DNA from: a virus
Lineage: Duplodnaviria; Heunggongvirae; Uroviricota; Caudoviricetes
Direction: 5' to 3' (one strand)
Virus record (IMG/VR): IMGVR_UViG_3300009500_000011
Span: 104,585-168,584 of that record
DNA: 64,000 nucleotides
In this document: piece by piece, positions 62,082-64,000 of the stretch
Numbering within the stretch: the first letter of the stretch is position 1
Layout of the letters: each line of letters begins with the position of its first letter
Translations under genes and position numbers: made by a program
The notes under the pieces: generated by a model
The model's input: the letters and a program-made list of their open reading frames with translations, nothing else
Told to the model about the DNA's origin: nothing
Database searches by the model: none

Positions 62082-62360
62082 ATGTTTGAAATTGAATTTG
62101 TTGGTGGATATCATGATGGAAGAATTGAAAAGGTTGCTAAAACAAATCCTACAAAAACATTAACAATTAGCCAAAAAATGTCTACGAATGATTTAACTGG
62201 AGAAATTAAATCTCTTGTAAGCAGCTACAAATTAGATAGGAAAACTGAAGGTGTAAATGGTTTTCCACGCATTATTTATATAATTGATGCAGAAATTATA
62301 GAAACATCATTGATGCAAGATTTAATTAAAAATACAAGACACCTTCCAGAAGGATTATAA
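62082..62360 (+). CDS. hypothetical protein
   Basis: Track ORF. Confidence 0.3.
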   Translation: MFEIEFVGGYHDGRIEKVAKTNPTKTLTISQKMSTNDLTGEIKSLVSSYKLDRKTEGVNGFPRIIYIIDAEIIETSLMQDLIKNTRHLPEGL

Positions 62361-62361
62361 A

Positions 62362-62562
62362 ATGGCAGAAAAAGTTCAAAGTGATTCAACTATGTTTTTT
62401 AATTCGCGAGAAGATTCTGAAAAATTAATTAAAGAAGTTAAACATATTTCGACTACTAAGGTTCAAATTCCATTGCATGATGAATTACAAAAATTGATAT
62501 CCCATTCTGTTGGGATACCTCCTGAAGTAATGAATATTGACAAAACTAAAGAAAAAGAGTAG
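62362..62562 (+). CDS. hypothetical protein
   Basis: Track ORF. Confidence 0.3.
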   Translation: MAEKVQSDSTMFFNSREDSEKLIKEVKHISTTKVQIPLHDELQKLISHSVGIPPEVMNIDKTKEKE

Positions 62563-62577
62563 TATATAAATAAATAT

Positions 62578-62652
62578 GGGGTTATCATATAGTGGCTATT
62601 ATGACGGTTTTGCAAATCGTTCACCTCAGTTCGACTCTGAGTAGCTCCACCA
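62578..62652 (+). tRNA. tRNA-Ala (anticodon TGC), second copy, G3:U70 present
   Basis: Acceptor GGGGTTA/TAGCTCC, stem ACGGT/ATCGT, loop TTTGCAA, T-arm CTCAG-TTCGACT-CTGAG, A73-CCA. Confidence 0.6.
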
Positions 62653-62662
62653 AACAAAAATT

Positions 62663-62863
62663 ATGGAACATAATGATATAGACCAAAAAACAGTTCATGC
62701 TCTTGTATATAAATTTGCAAATGATTTAAATGCATTATTTGGCTGTGAAACAACTTTTAAAATTTCTAAAATGCCCCATGCAAAATATGGAATGGCTATG
62801 GAAATAAAGGTTCATCCACATTATCCAGTTAATGAAATAAACATTGATTTAACAATAAATTAA
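62663..62863 (+). CDS. hypothetical protein
   Basis: Track ORF. Confidence 0.3.
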   Translation: MEHNDIDQKTVHALVYKFANDLNALFGCETTFKISKMPHAKYGMAMEIKVHPHYPVNEINIDLTIN

Positions 62864-62868
62864 AATAT

Positions 62869-62944
62869 GGCTCTATCGTATAGCGGTTTATTATAGGGGT
62901 TTCATAAGCCTTTGACGAAAGTTCGACTCTTTCTAGAGCCTCCA
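62869..62944 (+). tRNA. tRNA-Met-type (anticodon CAT; elongator or Ile-lysidine type, G1-C72 paired)
   Basis: Acceptor GGCTCTA/TAGAGCC, stem GGGGT/GCCTT, loop TTCATAA, T-arm GAAAG-TTCGACT-CTTTC, U73-CCA. Confidence 0.65.
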
Positions 62945-62969
62945 AAATTCTTACTTTTAAGGAAATCCT

Positions 62970-63194
62970 GTGCAAGTAAACAAGAACGGTATTCCCATTG
63001 CCGGTTTTCGGGTTAAAAATATACCTGCTAGTTGCAGGAATAAAAGCCGTCAAACTGGCATGAAGAAAAGTTTTCAAACTCAAGCCAGCGCACAAAAATG
63101 GCTTGATAAAAAATTTCATGTAGATTTTATAGGAATGGAGCCTTATCCTTGTAGCATACATGGTTGGCATGTAGGCCATTCTATACGTAATTGA
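62970..63194 (+). CDS. hypothetical basic protein
   Basis: Track ORF. Confidence 0.3.
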   Translation: MQVNKNGIPIAGFRVKNIPASCRNKSRQTGMKKSFQTQASAQKWLDKKFHVDFIGMEPYPCSIHGWHVGHSIRN

Positions 63195-63219
63195 TTTTTC
63201 TTGTGCATTCTGGTACAAT

Positions 63220-63738
63220 TTGTGTATGAAAATTACTGATAAATACGTTTTGTTTTTTGGGCCAGAAGATTGTCCTTCCCAATGGTATCCTGTAAAGTTC
63301 AAAACTAGATTATTCGATTTTGAAAATTTAGAATTTAATTGTAGTGAACAATTCATGATGGCTGCAAAAGCATTATTCTTTGATGACAAAGAATCATTTG
63401 TTAAAATCATGAATACGTCTAGCCCCAATCAACAAAAATCTTTAGGTCGAAATGTTCAAGGTTTTGATAAAGATAAATGGAATGCTGTTTGCCGACCTTT
63501 AGTGACAGTTGGCAATATGGCTAAATTTACTCAAAATGATGATTTAAAGCAGTTTATGTTAGACAATGAGGGGAAAATTTTTGTTGAGGCTTCTCCTTAT
63601 GACGATATTTGGGGTGTTAAACTTGGGGCCAACGACCCTAGAATTTTAGACCCTTCTAAATGGAGAGGGACTAATTGGCTTGGAGAAATTTTGACTAGAA
63701 TTAATATTATAATTTGCAAAAAGGAGAAGTCAAAATGA
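63220..63738 (+). CDS. NADAR-domain (YbiA/DUF1768-like) protein
   Basis: FN.SEQFMMAAKALFFDD ... KFTQN..L...L..EGKIFVEASPYDDIWGVKLGANDP match the NADAR signature blocks. Confidence 0.55.
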   Translation: MCMKITDKYVLFFGPEDCPSQWYPVKFKTRLFDFENLEFNCSEQFMMAAKALFFDDKESFVKIMNTSSPNQQKSLGRNVQGFDKDKWNAVCRPLVTVGNMAKFTQNDDLKQFMLDNEGKIFVEASPYDDIWGVKLGANDPRILDPSKWRGTNWLGEILTRINIIICKKEKSK

Positions 63739-64000
63739 GTATTTGGGAACCTTTCACGGAAAGAGCTAGACGTTCAATTGTTTTAGCCCAAGAAGAATCT
63801 CAACGTCTTGGTAGGGATTATATTGGAACCGAACATATTTTGCTTGGTATAATTTCTGAAAATGCATCTTTTGCAGCAGAAACATTAATCAATGAAGGTT
63901 TAAATCTTCAATCTGTGAGAGGAGAAGTTGAAGCAATTGTAGGTAGAGGTCAAAGAGCAAACAACAATGAAATGGTGTTTACTCCTCGTTCTAAAAAAGT
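63735..64000 (+). CDS. Clp ATPase N-terminal-domain protein (partial, continues past window end)
   Basis: FTERARRSIVLAQEESQRLGRDYIGTEHILLGII is a Clp_N repeat. Confidence 0.45.
   Translation, partial: MSIWEPFTERARRSIVLAQEESQRLGRDYIGTEHILLGIISENASFAAETLINEGLNLQSVRGEVEAIVGRGQRANNNEMVFTPRSKK

Noticed and set aside
62829-63428. 199-aa minus-strand ORF
   Set aside because: Overlaps tRNA-Met and two plus-strand ORFs, including the conserved N-terminus of the NADAR protein; likely an artefact.

Overview
The window reads as a 64-kb stretch of a large, AT-rich (about one-third GC) virulent bacteriophage genome. Nearly all genes lie on the + strand, tightly packed and often with overlapping stop/start codons.

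The left part (1-16.1 kb) carries replication and nucleotide functions:
- a DnaG-like primase and a class-II-like ribonucleotide reductase;
- AAA+ and P-loop kinase genes;
- a two-piece sigma-like pair (a region-4-like ORF and a region-2-like ORF);
- an RNA-repair-type cluster: a SpeH-type AdoMet-decarboxylase homologue, an Rnl1-like RNA ligase, a Thg1-like tRNA-His guanylyltransferase and PhoH.

The middle part (16.3-35.9 kb) holds most of the tRNA-like genes, which come in two clusters and many singletons. I folded about 33 by eye; several are atypical. Interleaved with them are HNH homing endonucleases, small Cys-rich ORFs, and nucleotide and phospho-metabolism genes: two metallophosphoesterases, a PPP phosphatase, a dCMP deaminase, a deoxyribosyltransferase-like protein, a macro domain and a vWA protein.

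The 36-45 kb block is structural. It has a 1191-aa fibre with four tandem domain repeats, and a 1111-aa protein with a ~21-residue periodic repeat. That protein's C-terminal 'PQNW' domain also exists as a stand-alone 84-aa ORF.

The right part (44.9-64 kb) contains:
- a Ro60/TROVE+vWA gene preceded by a promoter-bearing 560-nt noncoding region with three degenerate repeats (candidate Y RNA);
- a kinase / metallophosphoesterase pair;
- a papain-like protease;
- a promoter- and terminator-bounded ~620-nt ORF-free region (candidate large structured RNA);
- an NfeD-SPFH (flotillin-like) pair;
- a HicA-like ORF;
- a NADAR-domain protein and the start of a Clp N-domain protein.

About a dozen near-consensus sigma70-type promoters (TTGACA-N17-TATAAT/TATACT) and several intrinsic terminators are visible. 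Every functional call rests on motifs read by eye; no database search was possible.
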